A DNA stretch of 61,986 nt, filler included. It is 7 parts of 7 records of this genome, joined end to end, with 100 filler letters (N's around TTAATTAATTAA, not from the genome) between each part and the next. Parts side by side here need not be neighbours in the genome. Positions count along the whole stretch, not along the records: positions 1 to 7,996 come from SRR22947725_3495; positions 8,097 to 15,934 come from SRR22947725_3502; 5 more parts are not named here. The stretch is one strand, 5' to 3'. The notes under the pieces were generated by a model. That model did not search any database, was not told the origin of the DNA, and saw nothing but the letters and a program-made list of their open reading frames with translations. Below are positions 1 to 9,482 of the stretch, piece after piece (the first letter of the stretch is position 1; each line of letters begins with the position of its first letter). Both the position numbers and the translations under genes were made by a program.

Positions 1-28
1 TGATGCTCTACCCCTGAGCTACTTTCGC
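1..28 (-). tRNA. tRNA-Gly, 5' fragment (truncated at window start)
   Basis: Reverse complement GCGAAAGTAGCTCAGGGGTAGAGCATCA is an acceptor 5' strand plus D-arm resembling Bacteroidetes tRNA-Gly. The anticodon lies outside the window, so the isotype is from recall. Confidence 0.75.
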
Positions 29-39
29 AAATTGGATTG

Positions 40-47
40 CAAATGTA
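40..47 (-). promoter_or_regulatory. Bacteroidetes -7 promoter element (TAnnTTTG) for the tRNA
   Basis: Minus strand TACATTTG, 11 nt upstream of the tRNA 5' end. Confidence 0.6.
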
Positions 48-86
48 AAATAAAAATTCAAAAAAAGTAACTAATAATAAGTTTAA

Positions 87-2678
87 TTAAGATTTTAAAA
101 TTCTTTTTATTTCATTTAATTTAATTAATGCCTCAATAGGGGTTAATTCATCAATATTTAATGATATTAAATCTTCTTTTAATTCCTCAAGTTTAGGGTT
201 ATCTAAATTAAAAAAACTTAGCTGCATTTCAGATTCGTTGTTCCTTGAAATATCATTTCCTACATTATGAGATTTCTCTAATTTTTTTAACATTTTCTTT
301 GCCGACAAAATTAATCCTTTTGGCATTCCTGCCATTTGTGCAACATGAATTCCAAAACTATGGGCACTTCCTCCTGGAACAAGTTTTCTTAAAAATAGCA
401 CACTGTTTTTAGTTTCCTTGACAGAAACATTTACATTATTAACTCTTTCAAAGGAATCCGCCATCATATTAAGCTCGTGATAATGAGTTGCAAATAATGT
501 TTTAGGCTTATAAGGATGATCATGTAAAAATTCTGCTATTGCCCAGGCAATTGAAATACCATCATAGGTGCTTGTTCCTCTTCCAATTTCGTCTAAAAGA
601 ACTAAACTATTTTTTGAAATATTATTAATTATTGAAGCAGATTCATTCATTTCAACCATAAAGGTAGATTCTCCGGCTGAAATATTATCACTAGCTCCAA
701 CTCTTGTAAAAATCTTATCTATAATACCAATTTTTGCTTTTTCAGCAGGAACAAAACTTCCAATTTGAGCTAATAAAACTATCAGTGCAGTTTGTCTTAA
801 AATTGCTGATTTACCAGACATATTTGGTCCGGTTATCATCAAAATTTGATTAGTTTTATCACAAAGTTTTAGATCATTAGGAACATAGGGACTGTCTTGT
901 GAAAGCTGTGATTCTATTACAGGATGTCTTCCTTTAGTAATTTCTAAATCTTTGGAGTTATTCAGTGTTGGCTTATTATATTTAGCTTTCAAAGCTAAAT
1001 TTGCAAATCCGACAAAACAGTCCAAATTAGCTAACCAAAAAGAATTGTTTTGAATTACCTCTACATCTTTAATTAATTTAATAATTAGCTCCTCAAAAAG
1101 CTTTGATTCTAGAACTGAAATTTTTTCTTCAGCTCCTAAAATTTTAGCCTCATAATCTTTCAGTTCACTTGTTATATATCTTTCAGCATTTACTAAAGTT
1201 TGTTTACGAATCCAATCCTCAGGCACTTTATCTTTATGTATGTTTCTAACCTCTATAAAATATCCAAAAACGTTATTAAAACTTATTTTTAGTGATGTTA
1301 TTCCCGTATTGTTTTTTTCTCTTTCTAAAATTTTGTTTAAATAGTCTTTTCCTGAAATAGACAAACTTCTCAATTCATCTAATTCTGAATTAAAGTTTTC
1401 TTTTATAACATTTCCTTTTTTAATATTTACTGGAGCTTCATTATTCAAAGTTTGTTCTAACAACTTTATTATTGATTCACAGCAATCAAGAGAAGAATTA
1501 ATTTTGTATAAATTTATTAAGGACTTTTCTGACAAGAGATCTTTAATAGATTTGACTTTATTTAAAGATTCTTTTAATTGAACTAATTCTCTTGGTGAAA
1601 TTTTAAATGTAACAACTTTAGCAATTATTCTTTCTAAATCTGAAAGTGATCGTAATTCTTCTTGAAGACTAAATAACAAATCTTTATTTTTTATTATTTC
1701 ATCAACTGAACTATGTCTAAAATTTAATTTTTTCAAATCAAGTAAAGGATGAATAAGCCATCTTTTTAACATCCTTGCACCCATTGGGCTTGATGTATAA
1801 TCAATTATATCAATAAGTGATTTTCCCTCTTTTGAGTTACTGTAAATCAGTTCTAAATTAGCAACTGTAAATTGATCCATCCAGACATGACTACTGTCGA
1901 TTATCTGATTTATTTTAGTAATATGTTCTAATTTTTTATGCTGCGTTTCATCTAAATAATGTAAAATAGATCCACAAGCTAAAAGCCCTAAGTTGTTTTC
2001 ACTGATTCCAAATCCTTTTAAGCCGGAAACATCAAAATGATTTTTTATTTTTTCTAAAGCAAAGTCTTTATTAAAAACCCAATCGTCAAAATAAAATACA
2101 GAGCTGTAATTTCCAAACTCATTTATAAAATCAGATTTATTTTTTTTACAAACTAAAATTTCTTTGGCATCGTAATTAGATAGAAGATTTTTAACATATT
2201 CTAAATTTCCTTCAGCTATTAATAATTCTCCAGTTGATATATCTAAAAAAGATATTCCATACTGATTTTTAATATTGAAAACCGATGCTAAAAAATTATT
2301 AGACTTTTGTTCTAAAATTCCGTCATTTAAAGCAACTCCAGGTGTAATTAGTTCAGTAACTCCTCTTCTGACAATAGATTTAGTTTTTTTTGGATCTTCT
2401 AATTGTTCACATATGGCAACACGCTCTCCTGCTTTAACTAATTTATGTAGATATGTGTTTAGTGAATGATGTGGAAATCCTGCTAATTTTGTTTCGCTGT
2501 TACTTCCAGCTCCACGTTTGGTTAATATTATTCCTAAAATTGAAGAGGCCTTAACTGCATCATCATGAAATGTTTCATAAAAGTCGCCTACTCTAAATAA
2601 TAATAAGGCATCAGGGTATTTATCCTTTACTTTATAATATTGTCGCATTAAGGGTGTTACTTTCTTTTCCAAATCCAT
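87..2678 (-). CDS. mutS: DNA mismatch repair protein MutS
   Basis: TPLMRQY and LFRVGDFYE mismatch-binding motif, Walker A GPNMSGKS, STFMVEM, LLDEIGRGTS. Confidence 0.98.
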   Translation of the reverse strand: MDLEKKVTPLMRQYYKVKDKYPDALLLFRVGDFYETFHDDAVKASSILGIILTKRGAGSNSETKLAGFPHHSLNTYLHKLVKAGERVAICEQLEDPKKTKSIVRRGVTELITPGVALNDGILEQKSNNFLASVFNIKNQYGISFLDISTGELLIAEGNLEYVKNLLSNYDAKEILVCKKNKSDFINEFGNYSSVFYFDDWVFNKDFALEKIKNHFDVSGLKGFGISENNLGLLACGSILHYLDETQHKKLEHITKINQIIDSSHVWMDQFTVANLELIYSNSKEGKSLIDIIDYTSSPMGARMLKRWLIHPLLDLKKLNFRHSSVDEIIKNKDLLFSLQEELRSLSDLERIIAKVVTFKISPRELVQLKESLNKVKSIKDLLSEKSLINLYKINSSLDCCESIIKLLEQTLNNEAPVNIKKGNVIKENFNSELDELRSLSISGKDYLNKILEREKNNTGITSLKISFNNVFGYFIEVRNIHKDKVPEDWIRKQTLVNAERYITSELKDYEAKILGAEEKISVLESKLFEELIIKLIKDVEVIQNNSFWLANLDCFVGFANLALKAKYNKPTLNNSKDLEITKGRHPVIESQLSQDSPYVPNDLKLCDKTNQILMITGPNMSGKSAILRQTALIVLLAQIGSFVPAEKAKIGIIDKIFTRVGASDNISAGESTFMVEMNESASIINNISKNSLVLLDEIGRGTSTYDGISIAWAIAEFLHDHPYKPKTLFATHYHELNMMADSFERVNNVNVSVKETKNSVLFLRKLVPGGSAHSFGIHVAQMAGMPKGLILSAKKMLKKLEKSHNVGNDISRNNESEMQLSFFNLDNPKLEELKEDLISLNIDELTPIEALIKLNEIKRILKS

Positions 2679-2758
2679 ATGAATTAAAGCTAAAATAGCA
2701 TTAATTAATTTTTTAATCTATTACTTTGTAGAATCTTAATAAATACCAGAATGAATTT

Positions 2759-3286
2759 ATGAGAAAATTAAAAAACATCGAACTTAATAGAAAAGATATT
2801 GATGAATTTAAAAAATCAGAAAAGACTAAACTAACTATTATTCTTGACGATATAAGAAGTTTAAATAATATTGGATCAGTATTTAGAACAAGTGATGCGT
2901 TTTTGATTGAAAAAATTTATTTGTGTGGAATTACTGCATGTCCTCCTCATAAGGATATCCATAAAACCGCTTTAGGCTCAACTGAAAGTGTAGATTGGGA
3001 ATACCATGAAGATATTTCTGATCTTTTACTTAAACTAAAAAAAAATAAATTTTTTATTTGGAGCGTTGAACAGGCTGATAAATCAAAAAAACTGACTTCC
3101 TTCAGTTTAGACAAGAACTTAAAACATGCTTTAATTTTTGGAAATGAAGTTAAAGGAGTTTCTGAAGATGCAATTAATTTATCTGATGAAGTAATTGAAA
3201 TCCCTCAGTTTGGTACAAAACACTCATTAAACGTTTCCGTTTGCTCAGGTATTTTAATATGGGAGTTCTTTAAAAGACTTAGTTAA
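2759..3286 (+). CDS. SpoU/TrmH-family RNA 2'-O-methyltransferase
   Basis: NIGSVFRTSDAF, FGNEVKG, IEIPQFGTKHSLNVSV SPOUT motifs. Confidence 0.92.
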   Translation: MRKLKNIELNRKDIDEFKKSEKTKLTIILDDIRSLNNIGSVFRTSDAFLIEKIYLCGITACPPHKDIHKTALGSTESVDWEYHEDISDLLLKLKKNKFFIWSVEQADKSKKLTSFSLDKNLKHALIFGNEVKGVSEDAINLSDEVIEIPQFGTKHSLNVSVCSGILIWEFFKRLS

Positions 3287-4405
3287 AGTATTCTTAATTC
3301 TGAATAATAATTTCATATAATCTTGATCAGATTCAACAAAATCTAAATCAGACACATCTATATAAACGACATTTAAATCAGAATTAGTTTTAATATGCTT
3401 TAAATAAGCAGTATTTATTTTATCTAAATAATTTCTACTTATAGATTTTTCAAAACTTCTTCCCCTTTTGCTAATGTTTTTTAAAAGTTGATCAGAAGAT
3501 TGAATTAGATAAATTACCAAATCAGATTTGAACAAATCCTTGGTCATAAAGTAAAAAATATTTCTAAACAGATTAAAATCAATCTCATTTAGAGAAACAC
3601 CTGCAAAAACAAGAGATTTAAAAATATCATAATCTGCAATTATTCCTGAACTAAAAAAATTCATCTGATTATTGAAATTATTAAGTTGACGACAACGATC
3701 AGTTAAAAAAGTAAGCTCAACATTTAAAGCATATCTCTCGGGATTATTATAATATTTTTCAAGAAAAGGGTTGTCCATAAAACCCTCAATGATTAATTCT
3801 TTGTTTAAATCATTAGAAAGTCTTTTTGAAAGTGATGTTTTACCAACTCCAATATTTCCTTCAATTACAATATTTTTAAATAATTGTAATTTTGATAAAA
3901 CGGGCAACATCAGTTCTTTATCACATTTTAATATTTCTGTAGATTTTAATTTATTTAAGAGTTTACCAATAGTATCATTACATTTTGGATGTATTTTACT
4001 CTTTGCAATTTCAGATAGAGGATATAAAACAAAATTTCTTAGATGCATTCTTGGATGAGGAATTGATAAGTTATTTTCATTAATAATCCTGTCTTCATAT
4101 AATAAAATGTCGATATCAATTAATCTCGACTCATATCCATTTGAACTTGATCTAATTCTTCCCTCAATTAACTCAATTTCTAATATCTTATCCAATAAGA
4201 AATTAGGACTAAGATTTGTGACAATACAAATACAACAATTAAAAAAATCATCTCCTTTAAAACCTTCAGATTTTGTTTGATAAACATTTGAAATTGATAA
4301 AACATCACCAATGTTAGTATCAATTAAGTTTATCGCACTTTGAAGATTCTTTATTTTATCTCCTAAATTACTTCCTAATGAAAGATATACTTTATTTAAA
4401 TTCAC
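3254..4405 (-). CDS. folK: HPPK (FolK) fused to a C-terminal deoxynucleoside-kinase domain
   Basis: N-terminal YLSLGSNLGD, RLIDIDIL, PHPRMHLRNFVL; C-terminal IEGNIGVGKTS P-loop and KRGRSFE lid. Confidence 0.93.
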   Translation of the reverse strand: MNLNKVYLSLGSNLGDKIKNLQSAINLIDTNIGDVLSISNVYQTKSEGFKGDDFFNCCICIVTNLSPNFLLDKILEIELIEGRIRSSSNGYESRLIDIDILLYEDRIINENNLSIPHPRMHLRNFVLYPLSEIAKSKIHPKCNDTIGKLLNKLKSTEILKCDKELMLPVLSKLQLFKNIVIEGNIGVGKTSLSKRLSNDLNKELIIEGFMDNPFLEKYYNNPERYALNVELTFLTDRCRQLNNFNNQMNFFSSGIIADYDIFKSLVFAGVSLNEIDFNLFRNIFYFMTKDLFKSDLVIYLIQSSDQLLKNISKRGRSFEKSISRNYLDKINTAYLKHIKTNSDLNVVYIDVSDLDFVESDQDYMKLLFRIKNTLTKSFKELPY

Positions 4406-4482
4406 TTTAGCAAATTAAATAAAAAGAATCTTTATTTAAGTATCTTTATTCAAGTAATACAAATATTATTAATTAGAAATAA

Positions 4483-5184
4483 ATGTCTGAACAAAAACAA
4501 AATTTAGCTAAAAAAATATACTTGTATTTAGCTGCTCTTTTTATCACTTCTTTAGTTGTATCAAATTTAATTTTTCAAAAATTTTTTTATTGGTATCCAT
4601 TTGACATGACTATTGGTGGTATAAAATTATTTGAACTTTCTGTTGGCATTCTTCCTTACCCAATAACTTTTTTAGTAACTGATCTGATTTCTGAAATATA
4701 CGGTCAAAAAAAAGCTAATCAAGTTGTAATAGCTGGAATTTTTGCATCTTTTTTTTCATTAAATATAATCTTAATATCTAATTATGTGCCTGCGCTAGAA
4801 TCATCGCCGATTAATGATGAAACATTTTCTAATGTTTTTTCACTTTCCGGATTAGCAGTTTTGGCATCTATGCTAGCATATCTGTTCGCTCAATTTATTG
4901 ATATTAAAATTTATCATTTTTGGAAAAATTTAACCAAAGGAAAAATGCTATGGTTAAGAAATAATTTTTCAACATTTAGCTCTCAAATAATTGATACCAT
5001 TACTGTCATTTCACTTTTATGTCTTTTTGAAGTACTAAGTTGGGATAGTTTTTTAGGACTTGTTGTATCAGGAATAGTTTTTAAAATTTTAGTAGCATTT
5101 TTAGACACTCCACTATTATATCTATTTGTTTATTTATTCAGAAAAAAATTTAATTTAAAAATTGGAGAAGAAATTAAGATTTGA
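4483..5184 (+). CDS. Queuosine precursor transporter (VUT/YhhQ family)
   Basis: Polytopic membrane protein with YPITFLVTDLISEIYG and WLRNNFST-SQIIDT motifs. Confidence 0.88.
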   Translation: MSEQKQNLAKKIYLYLAALFITSLVVSNLIFQKFFYWYPFDMTIGGIKLFELSVGILPYPITFLVTDLISEIYGQKKANQVVIAGIFASFFSLNIILISNYVPALESSPINDETFSNVFSLSGLAVLASMLAYLFAQFIDIKIYHFWKNLTKGKMLWLRNNFSTFSSQIIDTITVISLLCLFEVLSWDSFLGLVVSGIVFKILVAFLDTPLLYLFVYLFRKKFNLKIGEEIKI

Positions 5185-5974
5185 TAATTTCTAAATCGAT
5201 AACAACACCTTCATTAGACCTAACGTTAAAAACAGTTCCATCACTAAATATTAAATACTGTCCTTTAACTCCAACTAATTCACTTGAAAAAGATTTTTCT
5301 TTAGGTAAATTAAGGCTTTTAGGTTTCTCGGGGTATTTATTTACTGGATAGTTAATATTAAAAGTTGAATATTTTTTAGTTTGAATAGAATCTAGAGCTT
5401 CTTTTGGTAATTTTTCTAAAGCTTTATTACTTTCTAATAGAAGATCTACGTTGGAATTACTTGTTTTCAACATTTCTCTCCAATTCGTTTTATCTGCATA
5501 AAAATTTTTAAGCTGAACTTCTGAGATTCCAGCTAGGTATCTGTTTGGAAATTCCGCAATTTCGATAGCTTGTATGGCACCTTGATCAATCCATCTATAG
5601 GGCACTTGAGATTTTCTAGTTACTCCGACTTTAACATTACTTGAGAAAGCTAAGTATAAAATATGGGGTTTTAATTGAACTCTTTTTTCAAAGTCTAAAT
5701 CTCTGTCTTCAATATTTAGGTGAGCTTTACTTAGCTCTGGTTTCATAATCCAATCTGCTGTGCTTGGTAATTCAAAAAAACATTTCTTACAATGTCCTTG
5801 TCTATATAATTGTAAGTCAGATTTACAATTTAAACATTCATATCCACTAAATGATAATTTTATTTGCGAGCCTAAAAGTTGATTTAAATTAATAAAATCA
5901 TCTCCAAGTTCAAGAAAATAATTCAAATTATCATCAATTTCAGTTTTCATTTTATTTAATACTCCATTAAACAT
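5174..5974 (-). CDS. DUF2797 family protein (putative Zn-binding, CxxC...CxxC)
   Basis: CLNC...CKKC, KVGVTRKSQVPYRWIDQGA, LVGVKGQYL. Confidence 0.82.
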   Translation of the reverse strand: MFNGVLNKMKTEIDDNLNYFLELGDDFINLNQLLGSQIKLSFSGYECLNCKSDLQLYRQGHCKKCFFELPSTADWIMKPELSKAHLNIEDRDLDFEKRVQLKPHILYLAFSSNVKVGVTRKSQVPYRWIDQGAIQAIEIAEFPNRYLAGISEVQLKNFYADKTNWREMLKTSNSNVDLLLESNKALEKLPKEALDSIQTKKYSTFNINYPVNKYPEKPKSLNLPKEKSFSSELVGVKGQYLIFSDGTVFNVRSNEGVVIDLEIIKS

Positions 5975-6019
5975 TTATAAAAAATTTATTTGTATTATTA
6001 GATATTAAATATAGTTAAA

Positions 6020-7519
6020 ATGCCTTTCTCTTTTCTAAATTCTGTTACGACTTGGTTCCTTAAAAAAAGAATGCATCAAATCGAATTATTTAAAAAATAC
6101 CCTCTAGAGGTTCAAAACGAAGTTTTACTTAATCTTTTGAAAAATGCAGAAAATACTGAATTTGGAAATAAATATAGCTTTAGTTCAATAAAAAACTATC
6201 CTTTATTTTCTAAAAAAATTCCATTAACAGACTATGAGAACTTTTTTAAGTACATTGAAAGATCTATTAAAGGAGAATCAAATATTTTTTGGAACTCTCC
6301 AATCAAATGGTATGCACAATCCAGTGGAACAACTAATTCAAAAAGCAAATTTATTCCTGTTAGTAAAGAATCTTTGGAAGAATGTCATTATAAAGCTGGT
6401 AAAGATGTTTTATGTTTATATGTTAGTAATAATGAAAATTCAAATTTATTCTCCGGTAAGTCATTAAGACTTGGTGGAAGTAAAAAACTTTACGAGAGCA
6501 ATAATAATTATTTTGGTGACTTATCTGCAATATTAATTGATAACTTACCTATGTGGGCTGAGATGCTAAGTGCTCCAAATAATGAGATCTCTTTAATGGA
6601 CAAATGGGATGAGAAGTTAAAAGCTATAATAAATAGTACCCTAAGTGAAAATATTACAAGTTTAGCTGGAGTACCTTCTTGGATGCTAATTCTTTTAAAT
6701 AAAATCTTAGAAGAAAGAAATGAAACGAACATTAAAGAAATTTGGAAAAATTTAGAAGTATATTTTCATGGGGGCGTAAATTTTAACCCTTACATAGATC
6801 AATTTAAATCTGTTTTAGGAAATGATGTTCGTTTTTATGAAACTTACAATGCATCTGAGGGATTTTTTGCCATTCAAGATAGAAATGATCATAACGATAT
6901 GCTGCTGATGCTTGATTATGGAATATACTTTGAATTTGAAGTTCTTGACAAACAAAACCCTGAGATAATAAATTTATCTGAAGTTAAATTAGACACAAAT
7001 TATGCTATAATAATTTCTACAAATGCTGGGCTTTGGAGGTATAAAATTGGAGACACTGTTAAATTCACGTCATTAAGTCCTTTTAGAATTAAGATTACAG
7101 GTAGAACTAAAAGTTTTATAAACGCATTTGGAGAAGAGCTTATAATAGAAAATGCTGAAAATGCTTTAAATAAAACACTTTTAAAACATAATTCTAGAAT
7201 AGTTGAGTACACTGTTGCACCATCATTTATTAGCAAAAATAAATCAGGATTTCATCAATGGATGATAGAGTTTGAAAAAGCACCTGCCAATATTTCAAAG
7301 TTTTGTGAAGATCTTGATAAAAATCTTCAAAAATTTAATTCAGACTATAAATCAAAACGTTTCAAAAACATAACAATGAAAAGGCTAGAAATTATTGTTG
7401 CTAAAGAAAAACTATTTTTTGATTGGTTAAAATTTAAAAATAAATTGGGTGGACAAAATAAAATTCCGAGACTTTGTAATGATAGAATTTTTATTGAAGA
7501 GCTAATAAAGCTTAATTAA
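6020..7519 (+). CDS. GH3 auxin-responsive family acyl-acid amido synthetase homologue
   Basis: SSGTT, YNASEGFF, YKIGD, GGQNKIPRL adenylate-forming GH3 motifs. Confidence 0.9.
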   Translation: MPFSFLNSVTTWFLKKRMHQIELFKKYPLEVQNEVLLNLLKNAENTEFGNKYSFSSIKNYPLFSKKIPLTDYENFFKYIERSIKGESNIFWNSPIKWYAQSSGTTNSKSKFIPVSKESLEECHYKAGKDVLCLYVSNNENSNLFSGKSLRLGGSKKLYESNNNYFGDLSAILIDNLPMWAEMLSAPNNEISLMDKWDEKLKAIINSTLSENITSLAGVPSWMLILLNKILEERNETNIKEIWKNLEVYFHGGVNFNPYIDQFKSVLGNDVRFYETYNASEGFFAIQDRNDHNDMLLMLDYGIYFEFEVLDKQNPEIINLSEVKLDTNYAIIISTNAGLWRYKIGDTVKFTSLSPFRIKITGRTKSFINAFGEELIIENAENALNKTLLKHNSRIVEYTVAPSFISKNKSGFHQWMIEFEKAPANISKFCEDLDKNLQKFNSDYKSKRFKNITMKRLEIIVAKEKLFFDWLKFKNKLGGQNKIPRLCNDRIFIEELIKLN

Positions 7520-7996
7520 GAAGCTACCTTTAAAATGCTTAAGCTCGAACTTGACAATTTTTTAGAAATATAGTTTTTATCAATGTGGAGTTTTTTTCTC
7601 TTGGAACTAGGGAGTTCAAACATTGCATCATTCAATATCAGTTCACATATAGATCTGAGTCCTCTGGCACCGAGTTTGAACTCTAGTGCTTTTTCAACGA
7701 TATAATTTAGTCCATCTTCAGTAAAAGTTATTTTTATTCCATCTAGTTCAAACAACTTTTCATATTGCTTAATTAGAGAGTTTTTTGGTTCAGTTAATAT
7801 AGATCTTAATGTTTTTTTATCCAAAGAATTCATATAAGACAGTACAGGTAATCTTCCTAAAATTTCTGGAATTAATCCAAAATCTTTTAAATCTTTTGGA
7901 GATATAAATGAAAGTAAATTTTGTTGATTGATTTTGGTGGCAGTAGGATTTTTATATCCAACAACCTGCATGTTTAATCTTTTAGAAATAACTTTT
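7516..7996 (-). CDS. clpX: ClpX ATPase, C-terminal part (5' truncated by contig end)
   Basis: FGLIPEILGRLPV, ILTEPKNSLIKQY, LGARGLRSI; frame is open to the contig edge. Confidence 0.95.
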
Positions 7997-8096
7997 NNNN
8001 NNNNNNNNNNNNNNNNNNNNNNNNNNNNNNNNNNNNNNNNTTAATTAATTAANNNNNNNNNNNNNNNNNNNNNNNNNNNNNNNNNNNNNNNNNNNN
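7997..8096. other. Artificial contig spacer (N44-TTAATTAATTAA-N44)
   Basis: Identical 100-bp spacer with stops in all six frames, present six times. Confidence 0.99.
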
Positions 8097-8097
8097 T

Positions 8098-9441
8098 GCC
8101 ATGGGAGGTTCAAATCAATTTATACTTCTTCTTGGAGCTGCTGCTGGAATTGGATTAGGTATTTTTAAAGGATTTAAGTTTAGTAATATGATGAGTCAAG
8201 TTGCTGAAAATTTAAAATCTGTAACTGGTGCAATAGTCATTTTACTTTTTGTTGGTGCATTATCTGGGACATGGTTAATAAGTGGGATTATACCCTCAAT
8301 GATATATTATGGATTAAATATACTTCATCCATCAATTTTTCTTCCTGCATGTTTGATCATCTGTGCAATTATTTCAATCGCGACTGGAAGTAGTTGGACA
8401 ACATCTGCTACTGTTGGAATAGCATTAATTGGTATTTCTAAGGCAATAGGAGTTCCTGTAGAAATGTCAGCTGGCGCAATTATTTCGGGTGCTTATTTTG
8501 GAGATAAATTATCTCCGTTGAGTGATACAACAAATCTTGCCCCTGCAATTTCTGGTTCAGATTTATTTACTCACATTAAATATTTAACAATAACTACAAT
8601 TCCGACAATAACAATTAGCCTAATAATATTTGTTATTTTAAACTTTTACATGGTTTCCTCTGGAACGACAGACAATACTGTTTTACTTGAAGCAATTAAT
8701 CAAACTTTTAATATAACTCCTCTAATTTTTATTGTTCCATTAATAGTAATTATTTTAATCATAAAAAAAACACCACCAATTATTGCTCTATTTACTGGAA
8801 CAATTTTAGGCGCAATATTCGCTATTATTTTTCAACAAGATATTTTAACTCAATTGTCTAATTCTAGTTCATTAACATTTGATGGTGCCTACAGTGCAAT
8901 TATTAATTCAATAACAATAGATACAAATATTGAATCTGGTAATTCTGAATTAAATGATCTATTTAAAAGTGGAGGCATGTTTGGAATGATGAACACTATA
9001 TGGTTAGTAATTAGTGCAATGGTTTTTGGAGGGGTTATGGAATCAATTGGTGCTTTAAAAACAATAACTACATCATTACTAAACTTAGGTAAATCAACTT
9101 TTTCTTTATTTGCAAGTACGGCAGGAAGCTGTTTAGCTATTAACTTGACAACATCAGATCAATATTTAGCTATTGTAATACCTGGAAAAATGTATGAAAA
9201 AGCATTTAAAGAGAAAAATTTAGCACCAGAAAACTTGAGCAGAACATTGGAAGATACTGGAACAGTAACATCTGTGTTAATACCATGGAATAGCTGTGGA
9301 GCATATCAGTCTGGAGTTTTAGGCGTTAGTGTAATAGATTACTTCTTTTACGCTATATTTAATTGGTTAAGTTTCTTTATGACGTTACTAGTTGCAGGGT
9401 TAAATTATAAAATCAAAAAACTTGAAATTAAGAAAGCTTAA
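8098..9441 (+). CDS. nhaC: Na+/H+ antiporter NhaC family (probably 5' truncated)
   Basis: GSSWTT, SGAYFGDKLSPLSDTTNLA, LSRTLED, LIPWNSCG. Confidence 0.9.
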   Translation, partial: AMGGSNQFILLLGAAAGIGLGIFKGFKFSNMMSQVAENLKSVTGAIVILLFVGALSGTWLISGIIPSMIYYGLNILHPSIFLPACLIICAIISIATGSSWTTSATVGIALIGISKAIGVPVEMSAGAIISGAYFGDKLSPLSDTTNLAPAISGSDLFTHIKYLTITTIPTITISLIIFVILNFYMVSSGTTDNTVLLEAINQTFNITPLIFIVPLIVIILIIKKTPPIIALFTGTILGAIFAIIFQQDILTQLSNSSSLTFDGAYSAIINSITIDTNIESGNSELNDLFKSGGMFGMMNTIWLVISAMVFGGVMESIGALKTITTSLLNLGKSTFSLFASTAGSCLAINLTTSDQYLAIVIPGKMYEKAFKEKNLAPENLSRTLEDTGTVTSVLIPWNSCGAYQSGVLGVSVIDYFFYAIFNWLSFFMTLLVAGLNYKIKKLEIKKA

Positions 9442-9461
9442 TATTATTAATTATAAATATT

Positions 9462-9469
9462 TACTTTTG
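9462..9469 (+). promoter_or_regulatory. Bacteroidetes -7 promoter element upstream of ftsK
   Basis: TACTTTTG matches TAnnTTTG, 13 nt before the ATG. Confidence 0.5.
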
Positions 9470-9482
9470 TTATACACTTCTT

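Noticed and set aside
8041..8052. Recurrent palindrome TTAATTAATTAA as a biological repeat or CRISPR-like element
   Set aside because: Always centred in a 100-bp N spacer; it is an artificial six-frame-stop linker
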